DNA from: Verrucomicrobiales bacterium | Lineage (GTDB): Bacteria > Verrucomicrobiota > Verrucomicrobiia > Limisphaerales > CANJXF01 | Length of the DNA stretch: 64,000 bases | Direction of reading: 5' to 3' | Assembly: GCA_947478865.1 (NCBI GenBank) | Contig: CANJXF010000003.1 | Span: 26,912 to 90,911 of the forward strand | Shown here: positions 9,366 to 17,604 of the stretch, one piece after another | Position numbering within the stretch: the stretch's first letter is position 1 | How the letters are laid out: every line of letters starts with the position of its first letter | Made by a program: the position numbers and the translations under genes | Notes under the pieces: model-generated | What the model saw: only the letters and a program-made list of their open reading frames with translations | Database searches by the model: none | Told to the model about the DNA's origin: nothing

Positions 9366-9401
9366 TCCCTCGCCTCCATGAAGTGGAGGAGAGGGCCGGG
9401 G
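9366..9401. repeat. 36-nt dispersed repeat, copy 2
   Basis: tccctcgccTccatgaagtggaggagagggccgggg. One mismatch to copy 1 at 7561-7596. Confidence 0.9.
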
Positions 9402-9572
9402 GATTGCGATCCCATGTCTGTCTGGAGGAATCAAAGCAAGTTCAACCAGCCGGTCGGGCCTTCAAGAGCGCCCAGGCAAGGGCAGAAGTTGCCCGGCTGA
9501 CGCGATTCGCGCGAACGCGAACCGGTTCAACCGGGCTAGACCCGGACACCTTCATAGAATTGGGAGATCAGC

Positions 9573-12500
9573 TCAAGGAACAGCGATGCGGTAGTAGCGC
9601 TCGGGGCGCGTGGCCGGGTCGGTGGGGTCCGAGAACAGACCGACGCCGGTGCCCCCGTCAGTGACCACGTTGGTGAGCGAAAGCCAGCTGATCGGGCTGA
9701 GGGTATCCGTGTATTCAACGGTATAGTTTGCTCCGGGCGATCCGCTGAAACTGCCTTGCCCGGCGGTGGTGCTGGTAAAGGAGGTTGGCTGCGCCGGAGC
9801 CAATACGTTGAGCGTGCCGTCAACAAAGCTGAAAGCATAGTTGGTTGACGTCAATGACCCCGCCAGGTTGGTTATCACGTAAGCGCCCGCCGGACTGCTT
9901 TGGATCGCTGAAGTGGTCAGGCCCGGGCTGCCAGCCAGGTCGCTGGTAGCCAGGGTTTGCCCATTGACGAAGCCCGTGTAAGTCACCGTAAACGTTGGGT
10001 TGGTTGATCCGGTGTACCGATTGGTATCGTTAGCCGTTACCGTCAGCCCGGCGGCCGTTACCGCCAGAGTCCCATTGTTCGTCGTCACGGTATAGTTGCC
10101 GATCTTCCCTCCGACGTCGCTCAAACTCTGGGTGATCGCATAGCTGCCCACCGGACTGTTTGTATCCGCAAGCGTGCCATAGGTTGCCGTGATACTGTCC
10201 CCGTACTGGAGACCGACCAAGGAGCCGGTAAAGGCTGGGTTGCCCGCACCATAAACACGGTTGGTGCTGTTGGCGGTCACGGTCAGCCCAGCGGTTGTCA
10301 CGGCGAAGCTTTGGTCAACGTCGTTGGCAGCGCTGTAATTGGCGTCGCTGCCTGCCGAGGCGCGGATGGTGGCCGAACCCGCCGCAAGGATCGTTACGTT
10401 GGTTCCTGAAACGGACACAACCCCTGGCGTCAAACTGATGAAGCTGACCGGATTGCCGGAAGAAGCTGTCGCGCTCACGCCGAAGACGGCATCGCCATAG
10501 GTCTTGATTCCGAGGCCGGCGAACGTCACGGATTGCGTGCTCAAATTAACGGTCAAGGTCGCAACACTGCTCGTTACCGAACCGTAAGTGCCAGTCACAA
10601 CGACCTGATAGCCGCCGGCGTCGTTGGTGGCCGTGGAAGGTATCGTATGGCTGGAGTTTGTGGCATCCAGAAGATTGCTGCCGTCCTTATTCCATTGATA
10701 GGCCAACCCGCTGCCGGTTGCCGCAACGGTAAAGGTCGCCGATTGCAATGTATTGGTCGCGATGTTTTGCGGCTGCGAGCTAATCACCGGGTCATTCACC
10801 GTGAGCGCCGCAGAAAGGCTCGTAACGGAACCGGCAACATTCGAAACGGTGACGCTATACGCACCTGCATCCCCCCCGATCACCCCGGTGATGGTCAGGT
10901 TCGGGCTGGTTGCGCCTGAGACGGCCCCTCCGTCGGACAAGGGGGTTCCATTCTTTTTCCATTGATAGGTAAGGTTGGGCGTGCCGGTGGCGGTGACGGT
11001 GAAGGATGCGACGGTTCCCGCATCATTGGTGATGGAGACCGGGGCAACCGCCACCACCGGTGGAGTTGCGGGAACGACATCTGCCCAGCTCCGGCTGATC
11101 CGGAGTTCATCGACGATGCCTTTGGTCGGCTGGGCGGCGCCTGATACGGAGCGGAAAAGGAAGCTGGCGACGCTGGCAATATCAGCCTCACCGGTTGTCC
11201 CGGCAATATCCGAGGCGGGTGCGGCGGCGGCGCCAAACGTGGTGGCGGCAGGATTGATCCAGAGTTGCGACACATCGTCTGTGCTGCTCGGATTAAAGGT
11301 GTAACTTCCCACCACCAGGACGGTTTCGTTCGAGGTGAAAAAGCGAGGGTCCCAGGTCACGGCGCTGGCCTTGGCCACACCGATGTTGTAGCCATTGGTC
11401 CCGCCCGAGGTGGCAGCGCGATGGTGGAAGCGGGTGTAATAGACTGAAGGCGTGCCGGTTTGCGGGCCGGTGCTATTATTAAACCCGCCTGAGAATCCGC
11501 CGGTGCTATTCAAATTGGAAAGGTCCTCGCCCTTGTAAAGGAACGAGTAATAGATCGTGCCGGTCGAGATACTGTTACCCGTCGGAATGGAAAAGCGCGC
11601 ATTCGGCCCGGTCGCTCCGCCGGTGATTTGAATGCTCCTGCCGGTGGACGCCAGGAGATTCGCCACATTCAGGTTGACGTTGGTGACCGTAATCCGATTG
11701 GCGGTGACAGCGCCGGCTGTATCCCAGAGCAATCCATCCGGGTTGGTTTGACCTTCCAGATTAGCCCCGGCGGTATAGTTGAAGGCATCGCGGTAGGGAA
11801 GTGGGTAGATAACGGTGATGCTCGCCGCGGAGCTGGTAACCGACCCGGCCACGTTGGTGATGACCACCGTGTAGCTAGCCGTATCGGCGACGCTGACGGA
11901 TGACAGGGTCAATGTTGCTGTGGTTGCGCCGGAGACATTGCCGCCATCCACCAGGGCTGTAGACCCTTTCTTCCATTGATATGACGGACTTGTTCCTGTG
12001 GCGGCAACGACAAGGCTGATGGTAGAGAGGCGGTTTGGAGTCTGATTGGTCGGCTGTAGCGTGATGGCCGGGGCGTCAAATACGGTGAGAGATGCGTCCG
12101 AGCTGGTCACTGCGCCGATCGCGTTGCTGACCACTACGGAAAAATTAATCCCTTCGTCCGTGTGCTGGGCGCCAGCGACGGTCAAGGTAGCGGTCGTTGC
12201 GCCGGAAATATTGCCCCCGTCAACCAGGTCGGTTCCATTGGTTCTCCACTGATAGACCAGCGTGGCCGAGCCGGTAGCCGTGACGGTGAAGGTCGCATTG
12301 GTTCCAGCACCCACTGACCGGTTTGCCGGCTGCACCGTAATGGCCGGGCCGACGGTCAAGACGGCGTTCGAACTGGTGGCTGAACCGGCAAGGTTTGTCA
12401 CGACAACCGTATAGGTTCCTGCGTTTGCAATTGAAATGTTGGATACGCTCAGCGAGGCGGTGGTCGCTCCCAAAATGGTTCCACCATCGCTTAGGTTTGA

Positions 12501-14612
12501 ACCATTTCGCTTCCATTGATAGCTCAGCGGGCCGGTGCCGGTCGCCGTGACGCTGAAAGTGACATTGGAGGTGGGCATAAAGGCCGCGTCGATCGGTTGG
12601 ACGGCAATGGCAGGAGGATCAATCACCGTCAGGGTCGCAGGACTGCTATTCGTGCTGCCGTCGCCATTGGAAACGAAAACCGTATAGATCCCCGCATCGC
12701 TCTGAGACACGGCGCCAATCGTCAAACTGTCGGTGCTCGAGCCGGCCACATTGATCCCGTCGGTCAAATTCGTGCCGTCTTTCTTCCACTGATAGGAAAT
12801 CGGGGCGGCACCGGTGACGGTCACATTGAAGACCGCGTTGGATCCAGCGCCGCGGGTGAGGCTGACAGGCTGGCTGGTGATGACAGGCGCTGATGCCACC
12901 GTCAAAGCCGCAGTGGAACTATCGGCTGAGCCAGCGGAATTTGTGATGGAAACCGTGTAATTCCCGGCGTCCCCGGTGACAATGCCTGAAACCGTCAGCG
13001 AGGAAGTGGTGGTGCCGGAATATTTGGCGTCGTCACTTAGATTAGAGCCGTTTTTCTTCCATTGATAGGTGATAGGCGCGGTTCCAACCGCCGTTACGTT
13101 GAAGGTCACATTTGTTCCCGCCGAGACCGCCTGGCTTGCCGGTTGCCCGGTGATGACGGGATCGATCACGGTCAACGTCGAGGTTCCATCGCTGTCCGCG
13201 AAGCCGGCGTTGTTGGTTACCCGAACACTGTAAACTGCCTCGTCCGCTTTCAGCACATTTGAAAGGGTCAATGTGGCTGTGGTGGCTCCGGAGACATTTC
13301 CTCCATCCACCAAATCCACCCCGTTGCTGCGCCATTGATAGAGGGCAAACAAACCCGAAGCGACTACATCAAAGGTCGCGGTGGTCGTTGCATTATTGGT
13401 GCGGGCGATGGGTTGGACGTTAATGACGGGAGTGGAATAAACTACGAGAGGCGCCACCGAGCTGGTGACGGAACCATTAGCGTTCGCGATAACAACGGAG
13501 TAGCTCGCCGCATCGCCCGCCGTGACGTTGGCCAAGGTTAAACTCGCGGTAGTGGCGCCCGAGACGTTTCCTCCATCAGCGATGGTGCTGGCTCCCTTAT
13601 ACCATTGATAGCTTGTGATCGGGGTCGCAGTAGGGGCGGTGGCGACGGTGGTGAAAATGGCGGTGGAACCGGAGGCATTGGTCAAGCCGACCGGCTGGGA
13701 GGTGATGGCAGGAATACCCGGGGTGACAGCGGCAAAGGTGGTGTTAATTCGTAGATCATCCACAAACAGGCCCTGCGGAACGCCGAGTCGATCCATCAAA
13801 ACAAAAGAGGCAAGCCCGCCGTCGGCCGTGCCTAATGTTGGAGCAGTGATGTCAGCAGCCGGTTCGGCATTGGTGCCGAAATTTGCCAAGGTCGGGTTAA
13901 CCCACATTGAGACGATGTCATTTACAGGTCCGGATACGATGTCGTACTTCACCACAACCAGAACCGTGTCATTGGTGGTAAAACTGCTGGGATACCAATT
14001 TGCCGTCGAGTCCAGCGCGAACTGCCCGTGTTTGCTAATGCCGACCTGCCAAGTGGTCGCGGAGTTTGTTCGAATTGACAACCTGGTCAGCAGTGTGCTG
14101 GGAAAAGCTGTGTTGATTGTGGTTCCGACGGAATTATTGAAACCGCCGATAACGAGCCCTGTACTACTGTTCGTCATGCCCGTAAGGTCGGTTATTTTCA
14201 TGGCCAGGGAAAAATAGTATTTGTTGCCAGCGGTTGAATCTGCCGGGTTGGCAACATGGATGCGGCCAGCTCCACCATTCACGTTAGGACCAGTCAGGGA
14301 GGAGTTGGTATTGAACCTGAGCATATTGCCTCCCGAAGACTTCAAGCCCGGCACGGTCAAGTTGCCCGCGACGATCTTCGGAGCGTTGTTATTCGTGGCG
14401 GTATAATTACTGTTCGCGTCCACCCATTTATACAAAGCGCCGCTCGCGTTGGTTTGGCCGACCAGCAAGGAGCCAACGGTATAAGCCGAACCGCTAGAGC
14501 TGGTCGCATCGGCAAACGGCTCATAGTTTTGAGCGAAGGACCGAAACGAGGTGATGACAATCAAGAAGGCAAAAATTGTCAGAGAACATGAGGCTTTGGT
14601 GAAGGTTTTCAT
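9573..14612 (-). CDS. giant secreted Ig-like/LamG-like/MBG-domain adhesin (1679 aa from the signal-peptide Met)
   Basis: Signal peptide MKTFTKASCSLTIFAFLIVITSFRSFAQ. Two LamG-like modules and nine I-set-like repeats (YQWKKNG ... DAG.Y.V.V.N..GS.TS..A.LTV). Also two MBG/YGX-type repeats (NRVYGAGNPAFTG) and a C-terminal domain ending RYYRIAVP. Confidence 0.9.
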   Translation of the reverse strand: MKTFTKASCSLTIFAFLIVITSFRSFAQNYEPFADATSSSGSAYTVGSLLVGQTNASGALYKWVDANSNYTATNNNAPKIVAGNLTVPGLKSSGGNMLRFNTNSSLTGPNVNGGAGRIHVANPADSTAGNKYYFSLAMKITDLTGMTNSSTGLVIGGFNNSVGTTINTAFPSTLLTRLSIRTNSATTWQVGISKHGQFALDSTANWYPSSFTTNDTVLVVVKYDIVSGPVNDIVSMWVNPTLANFGTNAEPAADITAPTLGTADGGLASFVLMDRLGVPQGLFVDDLRINTTFAAVTPGIPAITSQPVGLTNASGSTAIFTTVATAPTATPITSYQWYKGASTIADGGNVSGATTASLTLANVTAGDAASYSVVIANANGSVTSSVAPLVVYSTPVINVQPIARTNNATTTATFDVVASGLFALYQWRSNGVDLVDGGNVSGATTATLTLSNVLKADEAVYSVRVTNNAGFADSDGTSTLTVIDPVITGQPASQAVSAGTNVTFNVTAVGTAPITYQWKKNGSNLSDDAKYSGTTTSSLTVSGIVTGDAGNYTVSITNSAGSADSSTAALTVASAPVITSQPVSLTRGAGSNAVFNVTVTGAAPISYQWKKDGTNLTDGINVAGSSTDSLTIGAVSQSDAGIYTVFVSNGDGSTNSSPATLTVIDPPAIAVQPIDAAFMPTSNVTFSVTATGTGPLSYQWKRNGSNLSDGGTILGATTASLSVSNISIANAGTYTVVVTNLAGSATSSNAVLTVGPAITVQPANRSVGAGTNATFTVTATGSATLVYQWRTNGTDLVDGGNISGATTATLTVAGAQHTDEGINFSVVVSNAIGAVTSSDASLTVFDAPAITLQPTNQTPNRLSTISLVVAATGTSPSYQWKKGSTALVDGGNVSGATTATLTLSSVSVADTASYTVVITNVAGSVTSSAASITVIYPLPYRDAFNYTAGANLEGQTNPDGLLWDTAGAVTANRITVTNVNLNVANLLASTGRSIQITGGATGPNARFSIPTGNSISTGTIYYSFLYKGEDLSNLNSTGGFSGGFNNSTGPQTGTPSVYYTRFHHRAATSGGTNGYNIGVAKASAVTWDPRFFTSNETVLVVGSYTFNPSSTDDVSQLWINPAATTFGAAAAPASDIAGTTGEADIASVASFLFRSVSGAAQPTKGIVDELRISRSWADVVPATPPVVAVAPVSITNDAGTVASFTVTATGTPNLTYQWKKNGTPLSDGGAVSGATSPNLTITGVIGGDAGAYSVTVSNVAGSVTSLSAALTVNDPVISSQPQNIATNTLQSATFTVAATGSGLAYQWNKDGSNLLDATNSSHTIPSTATNDAGGYQVVVTGTYGSVTSSVATLTVNLSTQSVTFAGLGIKTYGDAVFGVSATASSGNPVSFISLTPGVVSVSGTNVTILAAGSATIRASAGSDANYSAANDVDQSFAVTTAGLTVTANSTNRVYGAGNPAFTGSLVGLQYGDSITATYGTLADTNSPVGSYAITQSLSDVGGKIGNYTVTTNNGTLAVTAAGLTVTANDTNRYTGSTNPTFTVTYTGFVNGQTLATSDLAGSPGLTTSAIQSSPAGAYVITNLAGSLTSTNYAFSFVDGTLNVLAPAQPTSFTSTTAGQGSFSGSPGANYTVEYTDTLSPISWLSLTNVVTDGGTGVGLFSDPTDPATRPERYYRIAVP
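10545..11069 (-). repeat. intragenic Ig-like repeat array 2 (2 units)
   Basis: aa 1201-1375 of the 1698-aa ORF numbering, counted by hand. Boundaries approximate. Confidence 0.7.
11805..13715 (-). repeat. intragenic Ig-like repeat array 1 (7 units of about 88-92 aa, roughly 270 nt period)
   Basis: aa 319-955 of the ORF. Each unit starts P(A/V)I(T/N).QP and ends LTV. Boundaries approximate. Confidence 0.8.
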
Positions 14613-14824
14613 GGGTTTTGGATTAAATAGATTAAATATTATTAGACCTGTCAGGAGAAATCCGGTCAACAGAATTTTTCTGACGCAGGCACTGTGTCGT
14701 TTGGGCGGGTTGTCAGGGCTAGGACGAGCAGCGGCTTAACGAACCGCTTCTTGCATCCTGATAAGGCTGGCGGCCGACGCGCGTCAGCCTTTTGGCGACC
14801 GGTTCTGTTCTGATTGGATCGGGG

Positions 14825-15700
14825 CTATCTGCGTTTCGATGTCCGATCGGAAAGCCAGAGCATATCCTGGTTGTTGGGCGAGGCGACATTCAAAGCCAGA
14901 TCGGTGTTGTAGCGGACAGGGGCCTGGGTGCGGATGTCTTTCCAACGGTGAATCTCGGAATGGCCGTCAGAAAACGAAATGCCGCAGGCGCCGTTATGGA
15001 AGCTGGCGGGGTAATCAATAATCCGAGCGTTGCCAATGCTCTCGACCATCATATTGGCAAAACCGCCGGCATTGAGGCCGTCCGGGTGTTCGTCGAGGAA
15101 GACAAAGCGCATGGCGGGATTGTCAATTTGGGCTTTTTTATAATAAACCTGATACTTCATCGAGGTTACGTTGGCCGTAAATCCAGCGGGATCGAGCCAG
15201 TCGCCCGGCCCGGCCCATTGCTGGCCCATGCTCAAGCTGCGAATCCGCGGCACCGTCGTGCGGTTCACTTTCACAGTGCTGAGGTCGGCCGGGCATTTGT
15301 AAACGGCAGGCGATTTAAGATAGCTGGCAAACTTCGCGCGGGTTGGGTCGGTGAGCGTTTTGGTGTCGGTGTTATCCAAGTTGGCCCCATTGAAATCCAG
15401 CCATCCATCCACCCAGGCAGTCGGTTCGACCGGCTTTGTGTAGCCTGATGACACCATTCTGTCGCCATTGTCATCGGGATAAATCAGGAAAACCAATTGC
15501 AACTGCTTGAGGTTGTTCATGCACTGGATCCCTTGCGCTTTGACTTTCGCTTTTCCCAAAGTCGGCAATAAGAGCCCGGCCAGAATGGCAATGATGGCGA
15601 TCACCACCAGCAATTCGATCAAGGTGAACGCGCCTCCGCGGCCTCGGGAGAGCGCCTTCCGGTTAATTCGGGATGTGGCAAAAGCAAAGGGTCGCTGCAT
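14825..15700 (-). CDS. prepilin-type N-terminal cleavage/methylation domain protein with H-X9-DG motif (pseudopilin-like)
   Basis: [25 protein letters not shown] at the N-terminus. [12 protein letters not shown] matches H-X9-DG exactly. Confidence 0.88.
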   Translation of the reverse strand: MQRPFAFATSRINRKALSRGRGGAFTLIELLVVIAIIAILAGLLLPTLGKAKVKAQGIQCMNNLKQLQLVFLIYPDDNGDRMVSSGYTKPVEPTAWVDGWLDFNGANLDNTDTKTLTDPTRAKFASYLKSPAVYKCPADLSTVKVNRTTVPRIRSLSMGQQWAGPGDWLDPAGFTANVTSMKYQVYYKKAQIDNPAMRFVFLDEHPDGLNAGGFANMMVESIGNARIIDYPASFHNGACGISFSDGHSEIHRWKDIRTQAPVRYNTDLALNVASPNNQDMLWLSDRTSKRR

Positions 15701-15971
15701 AAGAATCGACGGTTAAATGGCTTGAACTGAACCATAATGGAGGCGACGCCAGATTCAAGAGCTATCGAGCCGGGCAGCCCTTATATTGGTGGAATAGGCC
15801 ATGGGGTTCCGCATCTTTGCTGACACGCTGAAACTCTTCGGCTACAAAGGGAGCATGCCGAGCGCTGACGAACGAGAAGGATTTTCCGGGGAGGCCGGGC
15901 CAGGCGGCCTTGCCGGTCTGATGGCCATTCTGCTCTCGTTCAGCGGGCGTGCCAGCAAAGGAGAATTCTAA

Positions 15972-16334
15972 ATGTCAGATGTTGTTGGGCCATTGGCCAA
16001 ACCGCCGCCGCGTCGGCATCGCCCATTTTATCACCGCTTCTTGCTGGCGTTCGGGCTGGCGACGGGCCTGATCGGCTTATCGCTTGGCCTTGGAGTTCTC
16101 GGCTACCATTTTGTGGCCGGGCTGAACTGGGTGGATGCGTTGCTCAATGCCGCCATGATTCTCACCGGCATGGGGCCGGTGAATGCTTTGAGCTCCGATG
16201 CCGCCAAGCTGTTTGCCTCAGCTTATGCGCTTTTTTCGGGTGTTGTCTTCATCAGCGCGACCGGCATTTTGCTCACGCCCATTTTTCACCGCGTGCTGCA
16301 TCGTTTTCACATCGAGGAACGGGATTTGCGATGA
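15972..16334 (+). CDS. small 2-TM ion-channel-like membrane protein with non-canonical pore loop
   Basis: 120 aa with TM1, pore-helix-like WVDALLNAAMILTGMGPVN, then TM2. This resembles a KcsA-type layout but lacks the TVGYG filter. Confidence 0.6.
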   Translation: MSDVVGPLAKPPPRRHRPFYHRFLLAFGLATGLIGLSLGLGVLGYHFVAGLNWVDALLNAAMILTGMGPVNALSSDAAKLFASAYALFSGVVFISATGILLTPIFHRVLHRFHIEERDLR

Positions 16335-16411
16335 GGATTGACCAAGCGGATCGGCTCGAAAGCCGGATGGCTAAATCGGGCGGCGCCAAACCCCGGATTC
16401 CGCGAAAAGCT

Positions 16412-17542
16412 ATGGATTTGAAACGTGTCCGCTTCTCAGCGCCCCTAACCTTGCTCATGCTCGCATTTCTCACCGGATGCACGGCAACTTCTCCCACCGC
16501 CGGGGTGAGGCTCAACCAGATTCAGGTGATTGGCACGCATAACTCGTATCACTTGCGCGGCCACGATTCGTTGCTGGCGCTGATTGCGGAGAAGAACCCC
16601 GAGTTGCGGGTGGAGATCGATTACGGCCACCCGCCGTTGCCGGAACAATTATCCCGCCAAAGCATTAGGCAGATCGAATTGGACTGCCACGCGGATCCGG
16701 CGGGCGGACTCTATGCGAAGCCCGTTGGCCTTGAACGGGTGGCCAAGGCGGGCTTGCCCCCGGTGCCCAACCACGATCCGGAGGGGCGGTTGCTTCGTCC
16801 CGGGATTAAAGTGATGCACCTGCCGGATATTGACTTCGCGAGTTCGGCTTTAACGCTAATAGACGCCTTGCAACAGGTGAGAACGTGGTCGGTGAAGAAC
16901 CCGCGCCATGTGCCAGTGTTCATCATGCTCGAGTTGAAGGAAGAGTCTTTGGGGCCCGATTTAACCCAATCCGTTCCTTTTGACACCGCGCAGTTGGCGA
17001 ACCTGGAAAAGGAAATTCTGTCCGTGTTCCCGCGCGAATCCATTCTGACGCCGGACAACGTGCGTGGTCCGGCGGCCACCTTGCCGGAAGCACTGCGGCG
17101 TTCGGGCTGGCCACGGTTGGATGCCGTTCGCGGACGGGTGATGTTTGGCTTGGACAACGAAGGAGCGGTGCGCGACCGCTATTTGGAGGGGCACCGCGCG
17201 CTGGAAGGGCGGCTGATTTTTGTCAGTGTGCCACGCACGAATGCGGCTGCGGCCTGGATGAAACGAAATGATCCGATCGGCAGCTTCGCGGAAATCCAGG
17301 AATTAGTTCGAAGCGGTTTTCTCGTCCGGACGCGGGCAGATTCCGGCACGCAGGAGGCGCGCCGCAACGATCCTCGGAAGCGGGAGCGGGCCCTGGCCAG
17401 TGGCGCGCAATTCGTCAGCACCGATTATCCGGAGCCGGACCAGCGGTTTTCGACTTATTGCGTGCGGCTGCCAGAAGGCGTTGCTGCTCGAGTAAATCCA
17501 GTGAACCAGCCGGACCAGCCCGCGAATCAGAAACTGGAATGA
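16412..17542 (+). CDS. PI-PLC-like (PLC X-domain family) phosphodiesterase lipoprotein
   Basis: Lipobox LAFLTGC. IQVIGTHNSYH catalytic-type motif. Start moved to the Met preceding the signal peptide. Confidence 0.7.
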   Translation: MDLKRVRFSAPLTLLMLAFLTGCTATSPTAGVRLNQIQVIGTHNSYHLRGHDSLLALIAEKNPELRVEIDYGHPPLPEQLSRQSIRQIELDCHADPAGGLYAKPVGLERVAKAGLPPVPNHDPEGRLLRPGIKVMHLPDIDFASSALTLIDALQQVRTWSVKNPRHVPVFIMLELKEESLGPDLTQSVPFDTAQLANLEKEILSVFPRESILTPDNVRGPAATLPEALRRSGWPRLDAVRGRVMFGLDNEGAVRDRYLEGHRALEGRLIFVSVPRTNAAAAWMKRNDPIGSFAEIQELVRSGFLVRTRADSGTQEARRNDPRKRERALASGAQFVSTDYPEPDQRFSTYCVRLPEGVAARVNPVNQPDQPANQKLE

Positions 17543-17604
17543 TTGCTCCCAGCCGCTGGCAGAGAGGGGTTGTCCATCCAACTCCAGCCTGCCAAGATTC
17601 AACC

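Noticed and set aside
17458-17604. ORF-track N-terminal extension of the serine hydrolase, overlapping the PI-PLC-like gene by 85 nt
   Set aside because: The extension is Arg/Cys/Ser-rich. The Met at 17605 is followed by a canonical signal peptide.
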